Counted from the stretch's first letter, positions 18,380 through 28,431 are shown. The stretch: 64,000 bases of DNA from an uncultured Chloroflexia bacterium (GCA_963825525.1 CAWGTN010000002.1:1184001-1248000), one strand, 5' to 3'. Notes: a model not told the origin generated them from the letters alone. Translations and numbers: made by a program.

Positions 18380-19684
18380 CTATCGAACGATCATCTGCGC
18401 ACGTTCCGGGCCAACGCTCACGTGGCTGATCGGCACACCGGCCAGCTCCTGGAGCCGATGCACGTAAGCGCGCGCGGCGGGTGGCAGGTCGTCCCAGGCG
18501 CGACAGGCGGTCGTATCGGCCTGCCAGCCGGGCAGCTCCTCGTACACCGGCTCGAGGCGCTCATAGATCGACGTGGAGGCCGGGACCGTGGTCCACTCCC
18601 GCCCGTCAATCGGGTCGCGGTAGGCACGCGCGACCAGGAGCCGCTCGAACCCGTCGAGGACGTCGAGCTTGGTGAGCGCGATGCTCGAGTAGCCCGCCAG
18701 GCGCACGCTGAATCGCACGGCGACCGCGTCATACCAACCGCACCGGCGAGCGCGCCCGGTGGATGTGCCGTACTCCACGCCGCGATCGCGGAGGCGCTCC
18801 CCGTCCGCATCCTCGAGCTCAGTCGGCAGCGGGCCCGAGCCGACGGCCGTGGTATAGGCCTTGGCGACGCCGAGCACCTGGTCGATCGCGACGGCCGGAA
18901 GCCCCGCGCCCAGGCTCGCACCCCCCGGAATCGGGGAGGAGCTGGTCACGTACGGATAGATTCCCCAATCGAGATCGCGCATGGTGCCGAGCTGGCCCTC
19001 GAGCAAGATGCGCTTGCCGGCATCCAGCGCCTCGTCCACCAATACACGGCCGTCCACGACATGACGGGCAAGCCGCTCACCGGCCGCGAGATATTCTTCG
19101 CCGATGCGCCGCTCGTCGGTTGCCTCGGCGATCTCGTCGGCCATCTCCTGCGCCGCGCCGTGATACCCGGCGATGACGCGCTGGATCCTCGGGAGCGCCG
19201 CGGAAAGGCGCAGGCGAAAACTCTCCGGTTCCACGAGGTCGATGACACGCAGGCCGCGTCGAGCGACCTTGTCGACATAGGCCGGCCCGATGCCGCGGGA
19301 CGTCGTCCCCAACCGCCCAGCGCCGCGCTCGCGCTCCTCCAGCTGGTCGAGCAGTACGTGGTACGGCATGACGAGATGAGCGCGGTCGCTGATGAACAGG
19401 TTGTCGCCGTCAAAGCCGGCTTGGTGAAGCCCGTCGAGCTCCGCGACCAGGGCGGGGGGATTGATCACGACGCCATTGCCGAGCAGGTTCTGCGTTCCCG
19501 GATGGAAGATGCCCGACGGGATCAGGTGGAGCTTGAAGTGCCCGTGCGGGTTGACCACCGTGTGGCCGGCATTGTTCCCTCCGCCGTAGCGGACGACAAG
19601 GTCGGCGCCTTCGGCGAGGTAGTCGACCACGCGACCCTTTCCCTCATCGCCCCATTGGGCGCCGACGACCGCGATGACGGACAT
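18380..19684 (-). CDS. purA: Adenylosuccinate synthetase
   Basis: GAQWGDEGKG, GGNNAGHT, GTTSRGIGPAY, YPYVTSS, EYGTSTGRARRCGW, TKLDVL. Confidence 0.97.
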   Translation of the reverse strand: MSVIAVVGAQWGDEGKGRVVDYLAEGADLVVRYGGGNNAGHTVVNPHGHFKLHLIPSGIFHPGTQNLLGNGVVINPPALVAELDGLHQAGFDGDNLFISDRAHLVMPYHVLLDQLEERERGAGRLGTTSRGIGPAYVDKVARRGLRVIDLVEPESFRLRLSAALPRIQRVIAGYHGAAQEMADEIAEATDERRIGEEYLAAGERLARHVVDGRVLVDEALDAGKRILLEGQLGTMRDLDWGIYPYVTSSSPIPGGASLGAGLPAVAIDQVLGVAKAYTTAVGSGPLPTELEDADGERLRDRGVEYGTSTGRARRCGWYDAVAVRFSVRLAGYSSIALTKLDVLDGFERLLVARAYRDPIDGREWTTVPASTSIYERLEPVYEELPGWQADTTACRAWDDLPPAARAYVHRLQELAGVPISHVSVGPERAQMIVR

Positions 19685-19757
19685 GCGTGGCGACAGCGAC
19701 CTCAACCTGCGGGGAAGGCGTCCATCCTACCGCCGCGGCCGCGGACCCGCCTCGACC

Positions 19758-21389
19758 TCAGCCGCCGGAGCCGTTCATCCACAGCCACTCGCGCAGGGTG
19801 AGACCCGAGTCACGCACCTGGGCGGCTGCCGCGCGGCCGATGTATCGGTAGTGCCAGGGCTCGTAGTCGTAGCAGACCTTGGCAAAGCTGTTCCGCGGAT
19901 AGCTGAGGACGAAGCCGTACCGCCACCCGTTGGCGGCCATCCATGATCCGGCCGGGGTCGCGGCCCAGTCGGCGTACTCCCACGGCGGTCGGCCTCCCTG
20001 GCTGGTGAAATCGAAGGTCGTACCAAGCTGATGCTCCGAGTGGCCGGGGCGTGCAGAGGTTCGCAGCGCCTGCTCATATCCACCGACTGCGACCCAGTGG
20101 TCGAACGTCGCCTTCTGGGTGGTGTAGCTCCGATACGCGCTCGAGAGCTGGATCGGCCGTCCCGCCGTCCGCGCCGCCGCGGCCATGGCCCGGAGGTCTG
20201 CGGCGACATGGGCTCGCAGCGCGTACCCGCCGTTGAGGCCCGCCGTGCCGCTGTCGACGAGGTCTCCGGGCGCGTACGAGGACGGGACCATGAGGATCGT
20301 GTCGACCAGCGTGCGATGCCAGTCTCCGTATCCGACCAGCGGCGTGAGCTGGTCCTGGTACGCGCAGGTCGGGAGAGGTCGCAGGTCACCCAGCGCGACG
20401 CGCAGGTCGAAGCGCACGCGGTCGGTGATGACGTGCGGACCACCGAGCAGCGTCAGGCCCGACGGCGCGAGCCGGATGGCCTCGGTCCGGACGGCCGACG
20501 GAACCGACGTGCGGGGCACGAGGAGCAGCGCGCCCCCCGATCGGGCAGCGGCCGGCACGGCGACCAGAGCATCAGGGAACGCGGTCCCCGTCGCCACGAA
20601 CAGGACCGACGCTGACGGGATCGTGGCCCGGCTGATTGCGGCAGCGGTCTCGTAGCGGTCGGCGCCATGCAGGCGGCCGACGCCGCCTGGCGGAGCAAGG
20701 GCCTGGAGCCGGGCCCGGACAGCCTCGCTCACCACTGCCGGGCCGCCGAGGATCACGATGCGGTTCGGCGCCAGCCTGCGGAGCTCTGCCTCGGTGGCGG
20801 CGGGCAGCGCGTCGCGCTTCGTGAGGAGAACGGGCGCGCCAGCGCGCGCGGCTGCGACGCCCCCGACCAGCGCATCCGGGAAAGCGGAGCCGGTCGCGAC
20901 ATACGCGACAGAACCGCCGGGAGCGTACGTCGCCGCGCTCACCGCGGCAGCGGTCGCATAGCGATCCGCGCCCCCGATTCGGTGCACGCCGCCGCCCGTG
21001 TCATAGGCGTCGAGCGCGGTGGCAACGCCAGTGCTGACCACGTTGGAGCCCCCCAGGATCACGATCTTGCCGGGGCGAAGCCGGTTGAGCTCGGCAGCGA
21101 TCGGAGATGGGATTGACGAGCGGGTGACCAGCAGGATGGGGCCGCCGGCCTGGGCCGCAGCCGGCCCTCCGGACAGTGCGTCGGGGAAGTCGGCTCCGGT
21201 GGCGATGTACACCGCGGGCACTCCGGCCGGGAAGTGCGCCGCGCTGACCGCCGCAGCGGTGGCGAAGCGGTCCGCTCCGGCGAAGCGCTGGACCGCCATG
21301 GCGGCATCGACGTGGTCGGGTGCTTGGGCGAACAGCGCGCCGAGCGAGATGGCGAGAGCGGCGGCCAGCCGCGGAAGTCTGAAACGCAT
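19758..21389 (-). CDS. Secreted protein with three cell-wall-binding (CW_binding_2) repeats and a VanY/M15B D-Ala-D-Ala carboxypeptidase domain
   Basis: Three GADR[FY]xTAAAxS and FPDAL repeats; SAYRSY, SARPGHSEHQLG..D, YEPWHYRYIG. Confidence 0.9.
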   Translation of the reverse strand: MRFRLPRLAAALAISLGALFAQAPDHVDAAMAVQRFAGADRFATAAAVSAAHFPAGVPAVYIATGADFPDALSGGPAAAQAGGPILLVTRSSIPSPIAAELNRLRPGKIVILGGSNVVSTGVATALDAYDTGGGVHRIGGADRYATAAAVSAATYAPGGSVAYVATGSAFPDALVGGVAAARAGAPVLLTKRDALPAATEAELRRLAPNRIVILGGPAVVSEAVRARLQALAPPGGVGRLHGADRYETAAAISRATIPSASVLFVATGTAFPDALVAVPAAARSGGALLLVPRTSVPSAVRTEAIRLAPSGLTLLGGPHVITDRVRFDLRVALGDLRPLPTCAYQDQLTPLVGYGDWHRTLVDTILMVPSSYAPGDLVDSGTAGLNGGYALRAHVAADLRAMAAAARTAGRPIQLSSAYRSYTTQKATFDHWVAVGGYEQALRTSARPGHSEHQLGTTFDFTSQGGRPPWEYADWAATPAGSWMAANGWRYGFVLSYPRNSFAKVCYDYEPWHYRYIGRAAAAQVRDSGLTLREWLWMNGSGG

Positions 21390-21610
21390 GGTCGGGACAA
21401 GTTCCTGCAATCGGGAGTCCCATTGTTGCAAGCCTGGCGGCCGGGAGCACCGGACGAATGTCCCGTCGCAGGTGGGGACGTCCGGCAGTCAGGCGTCCGT
21501 CAAGCGTCCGTCATGGCATGACCGGGTACAGGTGCCATGGGCCTGGCACCCGATCAGCGCGTGGTCTCGGGCGCCCTGCACGAGTACCCGCTGGGGGCGA
21601 GGCATGCCGA

Positions 21611-21636
21611 ACGGCGCCGCGCGAGCGCGGCGCCGT
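21611..21636. terminator. GC-rich hairpin downstream of the zinc-ribbon gene
   Basis: Perfect 12-bp inverted repeat ACGGCGCCGCGC-GA-GCGCGGCGCCGT; no strong U-tract. Confidence 0.5.
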
Positions 21637-21653
21637 CCCTGGCTTCTGGAGGC

Positions 21654-21965
21654 TCAGGCGCGGGCACGCACCTTGTCGAAGCAGTTCGAGCAGTAGACCG
21701 GACGGTCGTTGCGCGGGAGGAATGGCACCAGGGCCTGTCCGCCACACTCGGCGCAGACCGCGGCATGCATCTCGCGCTGACCGCCGTCCCCGTTGCCTCC
21801 CCCTCCGATCCCCAGGGCTCGATTCTGCTTTGCGATGGCTCGGCAGCTCTGGCAGCGCTGGGGCTCGTTGACCAGCCCCTTGCTTGCGTAGAACTCCTGC
21901 TCGCCCGCTGAAAACACGAAGTCCATCCCGCAGTCTCGACAGCGGATGGTCTTGTCGGCGTACAC
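21654..21965 (-). CDS. Zinc-ribbon protein (zf-trcl + CxxC-x17-CxxC)
   Basis: DKTIRCRDCG..F.FSAGEQEFYASKG..NEPQRC..CR and MHAAVCAECG...VPFLPRNDRPVYCSNCF. Start GTG 21965 or ATG 22001. Confidence 0.9.
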   Translation of the reverse strand: MYADKTIRCRDCGMDFVFSAGEQEFYASKGLVNEPQRCQSCRAIAKQNRALGIGGGGNGDGGQREMHAAVCAECGGQALVPFLPRNDRPVYCSNCFDKVRARA

Positions 21966-22164
21966 CCTCTCCAGTGCCTCCTGTCTCGCACGCTCGGCCA
22001 TGCTTGGACGGTCGCGGTCTGCGGGAGAGAGCTGGATCTGCAGAGAAACGGCGCGGATCGGAGCGAACTCGGGTCAGACGTTGAAAAGGCCGGTCGTTAC
22101 AGCGCCCGAGTGTACACCCCGATTTCAAGCCGATACGAAGCGATCGCTCGCCGAGCGTCCGAGC

Positions 22165-23511
22165 TCAGTATGCAGCGATTTCCTCGCGCGCGGCGACGGT
22201 GTAGAAGCGCGTGTTTGCCTTTCGGAACTGGAGCGGCACTTCGCCGATCGGGCCGTTGCGGTGCTTCGCGACCTTCGCCTTGATGAGCTCGACCTCGGCT
22301 TCTGGATTCTGCTCCCCGTCGCGGTACAGGAAGATGACGACGTCGGCGTCCTGTTCGATGCTGCCGGACTCTCGAAGGTCGCTGAGGCGGGGCTCCGCCG
22401 TTCCACGCTGCTCGACCCCTCGCGACAGCTGCGACAGAGCAACGACTGGGACCTTCAGCTCACGCGCGAGCTGCTTGAGTCCTCGGCTGATCTCCGACAC
22501 CTCCTGCACCCGGTTCGCGTCCTTGCTCGGCGACGAGGCCTGCATGAGCTGGAGATAGTCGACGATGACCAGGTCGAGGCCGCGCTGCTCAGCCTCGAGC
22601 CGGCGGGCCTTGGTGCGCAGCTCCATGACCGAGAGCGCCGGGGAGTCGTCGATCCACATCGGCGCTGTGGCCATGTCGTTCATGACGGTCGCGATCTTGG
22701 TCCAGTCGGTCTCGTCCACGAATCCGGTCTGAAGCGGACGCGGGTTGATCCCGCTCTCGGCCGAGAGCAGGCGCAGTGCGAGCTGTTCCTTGCTCATCTC
22801 CAGGCTGAAGACCGCCACCTTCTTGGCCTCCCGCACGGCAGCGTGCTGGGCCAGGTTCAGCGCGAGCGATGTCTTTCCCACCGATGGACGGGCCGCCAGG
22901 ATGATGAGGTCCGAGGGCTGGAATCCGCCGAGCAGCGCATCCAGCTGGGAGAGCCCGGTCGGAACCCCGAGGATCTGGCCTCGATGCTCATGGAGATACT
23001 CGAGGCGGTCATAGGCCTGCCCCAGCAGGATCGACAGCGACTCGAATCCGCCGTCCGTCCGCCGCTGGCTGATCTCGAACAGGATCGACTCCGCGCGATC
23101 GATGGCCACTTCGGCATCATTCGCCTCCTCGTACCCGACCGCGGCAATCTTTCCGGCGGCGCCGATCAGGTTGCGGAGCACGGCCTTGCGCTCGACGATG
23201 CGTCCGTAGTGCTCGGCGTGAACCGCGGTCGGCACGGCGTTCATGAGCGAGGTCAGGTACGCCGGACCGCCGACGGCATCGAGCCGATCACGGCGTCGGA
23301 GCTCATCGCCAAGGGTCACGAGGTCGATCGGCTCGCGCTGGCCGTGGAGGGCGAGCATGGCTTCGTAGATGTCGCGGTGCTGGGCTCGGTAGAAGTCAGC
23401 GGGCTTCAGGAAGTCGCCGACCCTGAGAACGGCGTCCGCGTCGATGAGAATCGAGCCGAGCACGCTCTGCTCAGCCTCGACGGCCTGCGGTGCCAGCTTG
23501 TCGATGCTCAC
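22165..23511 (-). CDS. dnaB: Replicative DNA helicase
   Basis: EAEQSVLG, AARPSVGKTS, FSLEMS, IVDYLQLM, LSQLSR, SDLRESGSIEQDAD, KHRNGP; no intein. Confidence 0.97.
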   Translation of the reverse strand: MSIDKLAPQAVEAEQSVLGSILIDADAVLRVGDFLKPADFYRAQHRDIYEAMLALHGQREPIDLVTLGDELRRRDRLDAVGGPAYLTSLMNAVPTAVHAEHYGRIVERKAVLRNLIGAAGKIAAVGYEEANDAEVAIDRAESILFEISQRRTDGGFESLSILLGQAYDRLEYLHEHRGQILGVPTGLSQLDALLGGFQPSDLIILAARPSVGKTSLALNLAQHAAVREAKKVAVFSLEMSKEQLALRLLSAESGINPRPLQTGFVDETDWTKIATVMNDMATAPMWIDDSPALSVMELRTKARRLEAEQRGLDLVIVDYLQLMQASSPSKDANRVQEVSEISRGLKQLARELKVPVVALSQLSRGVEQRGTAEPRLSDLRESGSIEQDADVVIFLYRDGEQNPEAEVELIKAKVAKHRNGPIGEVPLQFRKANTRFYTVAAREEIAAY

Positions 23512-23734
23512 GAATGGATCACGGGCAAAGCGCGGCGAACTCCTGTCTCCGGGTGGCGGCAAGCGCCCTCTCGTCTGGGCAGTGGACTGCGTCCACGGCC
23601 AAACGGGCGCAGGATCATCGTCGCAGGAGCATCAAGGGGCTTTTGCACGGCGGGGCTTGTCACGAGCCAATGCTCGTGGATATCAGCCGGTACGCTGTGG
23701 AAAACGGCAGTGTTGCGAGCACGATCCCCGTACT

Positions 23735-23752
23735 ATAGAACATGGGTTCTAT
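23735..23752. promoter_or_regulatory. LexA (SOS) box ATAGAAC-ATGG-GTTCTAT upstream of dnaB
   Basis: GAAC-N4-GTTC with extended palindromic flanks, overlapping a minus-strand TATAGT -10. Confidence 0.7.
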
Positions 23753-23808
23753 TCCGGCACCTGTGCCCGGATGGTCGCGTCGTTCGTCCCGGTTCGACTG
23801 CGTGTTGA

Positions 23809-24225
23809 TCAGCCTGCGAATGGGGCCGGGTCCGGAGGCTCACTCCCACCGGGGCGATGGTTCCAGGTGTCCCATTGCTCGACGACGAGTCCGGCGGCGT
23901 CGAACCGCAGCACCGAGGTGCCGGCGAGCGTGGCCTCCTGGCCGTCGTCTACCAGGCTCGCCCACCACGACACCGACGCCCGATCCCCCTGCACGATCGG
24001 TTCGCTCATCCAGACCCGCGGCTCCCGTTCCTCGGCAAACACTCGGCGCGTGTATTCGCGAATGCCAGCGAGTCCGTGGCAGGGCTCGCGGAATGGCTGG
24101 GTGGAGACGATCGCGTCCTCGGAGTAGCGGGCGATGATCGCCTCGGCGTCGAGCGCTTCCCATCCGTCCTTCCACGCAACGGCCCAACGTCGAGCCGCGT
24201 CGGTCGGACTCACGGGTCTCGCCAT
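23809..24225 (-). CDS. NTF2/SnoaL-like protein
   Basis: WKDGWEALDAEAIIARYSEDA, GLAGIREY, SVLRFDAAGLVVEQWDTW. Confidence 0.82.
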   Translation of the reverse strand: MARPVSPTDAARRWAVAWKDGWEALDAEAIIARYSEDAIVSTQPFREPCHGLAGIREYTRRVFAEEREPRVWMSEPIVQGDRASVSWWASLVDDGQEATLAGTSVLRFDAAGLVVEQWDTWNHRPGGSEPPDPAPFAG

Positions 24226-24229
24226 CGGT

Positions 24230-24679
24230 TCAGGACTCGGCCGCCACCACGCTGACGCTGACGACCGTCTCGACACCGGGCATGAGCTTGACGTCGATCC
24301 TGTAGTCGCCGAGCGCCTTGATCGGCTCGCGAAGATGAACGGCGTGCCGGTCGAGCTCGATACCCTCGCGGTTGATGAGCTCGCTGATCTGGTGGCCCGT
24401 CACGGCGCCGAACAACCGGCCCCGCTCTCCGGCCTTGACGGGAACCACGAGCTTCAGCTCGCCGAGCTTGGCGGCGATGGCATCGGCCTCGGCGCGGACG
24501 GCTCGGTCGCGCTCCTCGCGCTGTTCGCGATGACGCTCCCAGTTTGCGACCGCTCCCTTATCGGCCACGACGGCCGCGGTCGTCGGCAGCAGGAAGTTTC
24601 GGGCGTACCCGTCCTTGACGTCCTTGAGATCTCCCTCGCGTCCGAGGCCTTTGACATCTCGCTTGAGAATGACCTTCAT
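24230..24679 (-). CDS. rplI: 50S ribosomal protein L9
   Basis: MKVILKRDVKGLG..GD...VKDGYARNFLLP, GRLFGAVT, PIKALG. Confidence 0.97.
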   Translation of the reverse strand: MKVILKRDVKGLGREGDLKDVKDGYARNFLLPTTAAVVADKGAVANWERHREQREERDRAVRAEADAIAAKLGELKLVVPVKAGERGRLFGAVTGHQISELINREGIELDRHAVHLREPIKALGDYRIDVKLMPGVETVVSVSVVAAES

Positions 24680-25167
24680 TCGAGCTCCTTCGGGGGTGTG
24701 GTGGTGAGTGACCGCCTGCGACGCCAGGCCGCCAGGGTGCGCTTCACTTCGTCGGGGTCGCGCATGCGGCCGTAGCGATCGATGAGGTCCGGGAGGTCGT
24801 CGCGGATCCGATCGAACCGAGCGCCCATCAGGTTGCGAAGGCGGGCGAGGTCGCGATCAAGATCCGCCGTGCCGCTCCGGGCGCGAGCCGCATGCTCGGC
24901 CCGAACGTCTGCCGGGGAGTTCTGAATGAACAGGTCCAGCACCAGCAGCAGCACGGTCAGGTCATCGGCCTGCCCCAGGATCGGAATCACGTCCGGGATG
25001 AGGTCCACCGGCATGACGACGTAGGCGAGGGCGGCCAGGAGCATGCCCTTGAGGCCGATGGGGGTACGCGGATCGCGCACCAGGCCCCACACCATGCGGG
25101 CATAGGTCGGAAGCTTCACGACGAGGCGCGCCATGCGCAGATAGCGCGACGACGAGGACAGGTTCAC
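24676..25167 (-). CDS. YkvA/DUF1232 family protein
   Basis: DPRTP, ALAYVVMPVDLIPDVIPILGQADDL. Confidence 0.88.
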   Translation of the reverse strand: MNLSSSSRYLRMARLVVKLPTYARMVWGLVRDPRTPIGLKGMLLAALAYVVMPVDLIPDVIPILGQADDLTVLLLVLDLFIQNSPADVRAEHAARARSGTADLDRDLARLRNLMGARFDRIRDDLPDLIDRYGRMRDPDEVKRTLAAWRRRRSLTTTPPKELE

Positions 25168-25230
25168 GCGGGAACTCCGGCGGTCTGAAATGGGGCGATC
25201 ATGATAGCAGGGCGGAAACGGTCGGCTGGT

Positions 25231-25260
25231 TTGACATTAGAACAGGCGTTCTGCTACCGT
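25231..25260 (+). promoter_or_regulatory. lexA promoter with SOS box AGAAC-AGGC-GTTCT in the spacer
   Basis: TTGACA 25231-25236, GAAC-N4-GTTC 25240-25251, extended -10 TGcTACCGT. Confidence 0.85.
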
Positions 25261-25305
25261 CATCGGAGAACCGAGCGAATCTCACGTGGTTTCGGAGGAC
25301 GACAG

Positions 25306-25959
25306 ATGACCAGGCATGACGCCGAGCGACGTCAGCGCATCCTCGACTGCATCGCGCAGACCGTCGAGGAGCGTGGCTATCCGCCGTCCGTACGCGAAAT
25401 CGCCGATGCCGTCGGACTGGCGTCCACGAGCGCCGTTCACCACCACCTCCTCGCACTCGAACGAGATGGCCTCCTGGAGCGCGGCACGCACTCCTCGCGC
25501 GCGCTCCGCGTCATGAGCCCCAAGACCGCCCCCGCTGCACCCTCGAAGGTCACGCCGTTCCGGATGCCCGTCGAGCGAGAGACGTTGACCCTGCCCGTGA
25601 TGGGCGAGATCGCAGCCGGACAGCCGATCGAGGCCTACGCCGATGCGGCCGAAACCCTCGAGGTGCCCCGATCGCTCGAGGCTCGGGAGGACTCCTATGT
25701 CCTCCGTGTCCGTGGCAAGAGCATGATCGACGCACTGATCGACGATGGCGATTTCGTGATCGTCCAGCCCCAGGCAACCGCCCGAGACGGGGACATCGTG
25801 GTCGCCCTGCTCGAGGACAACGGCGTGACGCTGAAGCGCTACTTCCGCGAGAAGGACCGCATCCGCCTGCAGCCGGCCAACGCGGAGATGGAACCCATCT
25901 ACGCCACCGATGTCCAGATCCAGGGCAAGGTCGTCGGCGTCATCCGCCGCCTGACTTAG
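25306..25959 (+). CDS. lexA: LexA repressor
   Basis: GYPPSVREIA..VGLASTSAVH, IAAGQPI cleavage site, VRGKSM (Ser), TLKR (Lys); GGAGG SD. Confidence 0.97.
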   Translation: MTRHDAERRQRILDCIAQTVEERGYPPSVREIADAVGLASTSAVHHHLLALERDGLLERGTHSSRALRVMSPKTAPAAPSKVTPFRMPVERETLTLPVMGEIAAGQPIEAYADAAETLEVPRSLEAREDSYVLRVRGKSMIDALIDDGDFVIVQPQATARDGDIVVALLEDNGVTLKRYFREKDRIRLQPANAEMEPIYATDVQIQGKVVGVIRRLT

Positions 25960-25968
25960 CACACGCGC

Positions 25969-27155
25969 GTGGCGCGGATCACGCTGCCCGAGCTCAATCG
26001 CGCGACGCTCGCCCGCCAGGGCCTGCTCGAGCCGATCGGCGGATCGGCGCCCGCCACGGTCGTCCGCCAGCTCGGATCCCTCCAGGCACAGCATCCGGAG
26101 TGGCCGCCCGTCGCGCTCGCTACCCGTGCGACCGACGCCGCGACGGCGGATCTGAGTGCCGCGCTGGAGCAGAGGAGCGTCGTCCGCAGCTCGCTCATGC
26201 GAATCACCATTCACGTCGTGTCAGCCAGCGACTACTGGCCGATGTTCGTCGCGTGCCAACCGCTGCGCCTCAACCAGTGGCGGCTCCTGCTCAAGGCCGA
26301 TCCGGTCGACTCTCCGCTCGGGCGGCGCATGGTCGCTGCCCACGCCACCGCGATCGCGGCCCTTCGGGAGTCGCCGCGCTCGTCGCTGGAGCTGGATCGC
26401 CTCATCGCGGCGGAAGTCGGGCCCGACGCAACGTCGATGTCCCGGCCGGCCTGGCGGCAGCCCGGATCGCAGATCGTGGTCCGAGCCGCGTGGCGTCACT
26501 TCGCCGCGTTCGTACCCCTGGTCCATGTGCCGCACTCGGGTGAGGGCTACGGCAGATCCCGATACGCGTTGGCTCGCGAATGGCTGGGACCCGGAGCCGG
26601 AACCCTCGATCGAGGATGCGCGGGTGGCGGTGGCGCGGCGCTACCTCGCCGCGTTCGGACCGGCAAGCCTGGAGGACCTGGTCGCCTACGTCGGACGCGG
26701 GCCGGGCGGCGTCGGCGTGTGGCGCACGGCACTCGAGGCTCTGGCCGACGAGACGGTCTCCTTCACCGATGAGACCGGCCGGATCGTCGATCGATATGGC
26801 CGATGCGCCACGTCCAGATCCGACGGTCGATGCTCCGCCGCGGCTTCTCGCCCGCTGGGACAGCCTCCTGTTGTCACATCACCCGAAACGACGCGATCGG
26901 GTTCTGGCCGAGCAGCACCGGGCGCTCGTCTTCTCCAGGAACGCGGACGTGCTCCCGACATTCCTGATCGGCGGGATGGTCGCGGGCACCTGGGCCCTGA
27001 ATGTCGACGCGGCCGAAAACGATGCGACGATCGAGCTTCGCCCGTTCGATCGCCTCGAACGCCGGGATCAGGAACGGCTTGTCGCGGAGGCGGAACGGGT
27101 GCTCTCGCTGCTCGCACCGCGCCACGCCGAGCGTTCCGTCAGCATCGCGACCTGA
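25969..27155 (+). CDS. AlkZ-like (HTH_42) DNA glycosylase, copy 2, with two +1 frameshifts (~26590 and ~26789)
   Basis: LNRATLARQGLL, LQAQ, LMRITIH in frame 1; RRYLAAFGPAS in the next frame; PRLLARWDSLLL and GMVAGTW in the third frame. Either a sequencing error or a pseudogene. Confidence 0.8.
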
Positions 27156-27161
27156 CGAGCC

Positions 27162-28370
27162 ATGCGCACGATCCTGCACGCCGATCTCGATGCGTTCTAC
27201 GCGAGCGTCGAGCAGCTCGACGACCCTTCGCTCAGGGGCAAGCCGGTCATCGTTGGTGGACGGCCGGGAGATCGAGGAGTCGTCAGCGCGTCCTCGTACG
27301 AGGCGCGCGCCTTCGGGGTGTTCTCGGCGATGCCGCTCAGGACGGCCGCACGCCGATGCCCGCAGGGCGTGTTCCTCCCCGGCCGGCCGGACCGCTACCG
27401 CGAGCTGTCGAACCAGGTCATGGCGATCTTCGCCTCGTACACCCCGATGGTCGAACCGATCAGCCTGGACGAGGCGTTTCTCGACGTCTCGAACAGCGCG
27501 AAGGCATTCGGCGACGGCCCGACGATCGCCGCGCAGCTCAAGCGCCGCGTGCTCGACGAGGTGGGGCTCGTGGTGTCGGTCGGTGTGGCGACCAACAAGC
27601 TGTGCGCCAAGGTTGCATCCGACCTCCGCAAGCCGGATGCGCTCGTCATTGTCCAACCGGGCGACGAGGCGACGTTCCTTGCACCGCTCCCCATTCGCCG
27701 ACTGTGGGGCGTGGGGCCCCAGGCGCAGCAGGCGCTGGGCGACTATGGGGTGACCACCATCGGTCAGCTGGCCGCGCTCTCGCCCGCCACCCTCGAGCGT
27801 CGCTTCGGCAGCCATGGCTCCGACCTCTCGTCCCGCGCACGGGGCATTGATCGCAGCGCCGTCGCGCCGATGCAGGCGCCCAAGAGCATCGGCCATGAGC
27901 ATACGTTCGATGTCGACAATGCCGATCCCGGCCGCCTGGAAGCGACCCTGCTCGACCTCGCCGAATCCGTCGCGACCCGCCTGCGGCGCCACGACCTTGC
28001 TGCCCGTGCAGTGCAGTTGAAGCTGCGCTACGAGGGATTCGAGACGCTCACGCGGCAGGGGGCGCTCCCCTACGCGACGCGCGACAGCCGCCCGCTGTAC
28101 GAGACAGCGCTGGCACTCCTGCGTCGAACCCAGGCGCCGGGACGCGGCGTGCGACTCGTCGGATTGACGGCCATCTCCCTGACCGATGCCCAGCAGCTCA
28201 CACTGTTCGAAGCACCCGATCGCGAGGATCGGCTGTCCCGATCCATCGACGCGGTGCGCGAACGGTTCGGCGATGCAGCGATCACGCGAGCTCGACTGCT
28301 GACCGAGCGACCGCACCGCAGATTCGACTTCGGGGAACGGCCCAGGGTCGTCGCAGATGACGAAGAATGA
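27162..28370 (+). CDS. dinB: DNA polymerase IV
   Basis: ILHADLDAFYASVE, SASSYEAR.FGV, SLDEAFLD, AKVASD.RKPD, LWGVG, KSIGHEHTF. Confidence 0.96.
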   Translation: MRTILHADLDAFYASVEQLDDPSLRGKPVIVGGRPGDRGVVSASSYEARAFGVFSAMPLRTAARRCPQGVFLPGRPDRYRELSNQVMAIFASYTPMVEPISLDEAFLDVSNSAKAFGDGPTIAAQLKRRVLDEVGLVVSVGVATNKLCAKVASDLRKPDALVIVQPGDEATFLAPLPIRRLWGVGPQAQQALGDYGVTTIGQLAALSPATLERRFGSHGSDLSSRARGIDRSAVAPMQAPKSIGHEHTFDVDNADPGRLEATLLDLAESVATRLRRHDLAARAVQLKLRYEGFETLTRQGALPYATRDSRPLYETALALLRRTQAPGRGVRLVGLTAISLTDAQQLTLFEAPDREDRLSRSIDAVRERFGDAAITRARLLTERPHRRFDFGERPRVVADDEE

Positions 28371-28374
28371 GGGC

Positions 28375-28431
28375 TTGACGTATCGAACGGGTGTTCTGTA
28401 TGATCGCCTCCTGAATCGAACACCTGTTCGA
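28375..28431 (+). promoter_or_regulatory. SOS promoter with two LexA boxes
   Basis: TTGACG -35 (28375), GAAC-GGGT-GTTC (28385-28396), TATGAT -10 (28399), TCGAAC-ACCT-GTTCGA (28416-28431). Confidence 0.85.

Noticed and set aside
19758-20400. VanY domain as a vancomycin-resistance determinant
   Set aside because: No vanA/H/X/R/S genes; M15B carboxypeptidases are common housekeeping enzymes.
21400-21650. c-di-AMP (ydaO) riboswitch upstream of the cell-wall enzyme
   Set aside because: The conserved GCUGAA, GGGGnACC and GUCAGCUAAC blocks were not found.
21946-23808. Long antisense ORFs (e.g. 21946-23808, 15614-17527, 18215-19801, 58038-59534, 34911-36209)
   Set aside because: Shadow ORFs opposite well-conserved genes, expected from high-GC codon bias; no recognisable motifs.
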